Assembly (NCBI GenBank): GCA_963785725.1
Contig: CAWAWS010000007.1
Coordinates: 299,238-363,237 of the forward strand
Source: an uncultured delta proteobacterium
Lineage (GTDB): Bacteria; Myxococcota_A; Polyangia; Palsa-1104
DNA length: 64,000 nt
Direction of reading: 5' to 3'
A program made the translations under genes and the position numbers. Numbering within the stretch: the stretch's first letter is position 1; each line of letters starts with the position of its first letter. This document shows positions 63,563-64,000 of the stretch, one piece after another. The notes below the pieces were generated by a model that did not search any database, was not told where the DNA came from, and saw nothing but the letters and a program-made list of their open reading frames with translations.

Positions 63563-64000
63563 CAGTGGGCGTTCGCGCGACCGACTTCGGAAGCGATCCA
63601 CGTCGAGCGACGAAATCGATGCGCGAGCCTGCTTCCTCCACGTTCAATCGACGATGGGTGAAGTCGAGGTCGACGCGCCCGAGATGGGTCGGATAGTTCG
63701 TCTCGGCGTATCGACCTGTCTCGGCGTATCGATCGGACTCAACACGCCGATTCGGTATCGGCTGGGAACGCCAGACGGTGGGAACGCCGACGGAATGCCG
63801 AGACGGGTCGGCACGTCATGAGAGACATGCGGCGAGGCGGGGCTTTAAGTTTCAGCCGGGGCCGGCGCGACGGACCGATTCGGTGTGGCGAGACAGCCGA
63901 ATTCGGTGCGGGCAGATTCGACGCAACCAACTCATCGGCGCTACCAACTCATCGGCACGTTGACACCGATCGGGCAGCCGTAATGGAGTCCGTGCGCCGA

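Overview
This is a high-GC (about 70 %) bacterial chromosomal window. Its gene content (many lipoproteins, TPR proteins, a Ser/Thr kinase, PilZ domains, Ala/Pro-rich linkers) looks like Myxococcota or a similar deltaproteobacterial lineage. Most of it is housekeeping or accessory metabolism. From start to end it holds:
- a frameshifted propionyl-CoA carboxylase beta gene;
- TPR proteins and lipoproteins;
- a ybjN-like/pspA/PDZ operon;
- uppS-cdsA and hemE;
- a translationally coupled PilZ + MshEN (T2SSE_N) pair of c-di-GMP-receptor-type proteins;
- a Ser/Thr kinase;
- tatA/tatC;
- a chemoreceptor, an MFS transporter and sthA;
- a DUF3570/DUF4266-like outer-membrane pair next to a secreted FN3 protein;
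- a GT4 + glycogen-debranching-like pair;
- a complete reductive pyrimidine catabolism cluster (preT/preA, dihydropyrimidinase, beta-ureidopropionase, aldehyde dehydrogenase, aminotransferase, NCS1 permease);
- folE-mutY;
- fmdB-like-groES-groEL, with a rho-independent terminator and a degenerate CIRCE-like site;
- a tryptophan/kynurenine cluster (kynA, kynU, ridA, enoyl-CoA hydratase, acyl-CoA dehydrogenase), followed by a ferredoxin, an OYE flavoreductase, a benzoate/anthranilate-type CoA ligase and a creatininase-family hydrolase.

The most unusual sequence-level signal is in that last 57.5-63.6 kb region. An AT-rich quasi-palindromic 15-mer, AATGGTTnAACCAAT, occurs about ten times there. 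It occurs singly, in inverted or tandem pairs, and once as a perfect 36-bp palindrome. Copies overlap start codons (three genes begin MVxP(M)), stop codons and coding sequence. Two degenerate tandem-repeat arrays sit in intergenic gaps of the same cluster.

At least 11 conserved genes carry internal frame changes (pccB x3, aminotransferase x4-5, preA, NCS1, sthA, STK, groEL, and possibly the 17.7 kb gene). This points either to indel errors in the assembly or to local pseudogenisation. No rRNA, tRNA or CRISPR was recognised. Coordinates come from ORF-track arithmetic plus manual reading and may be off by a few bases.
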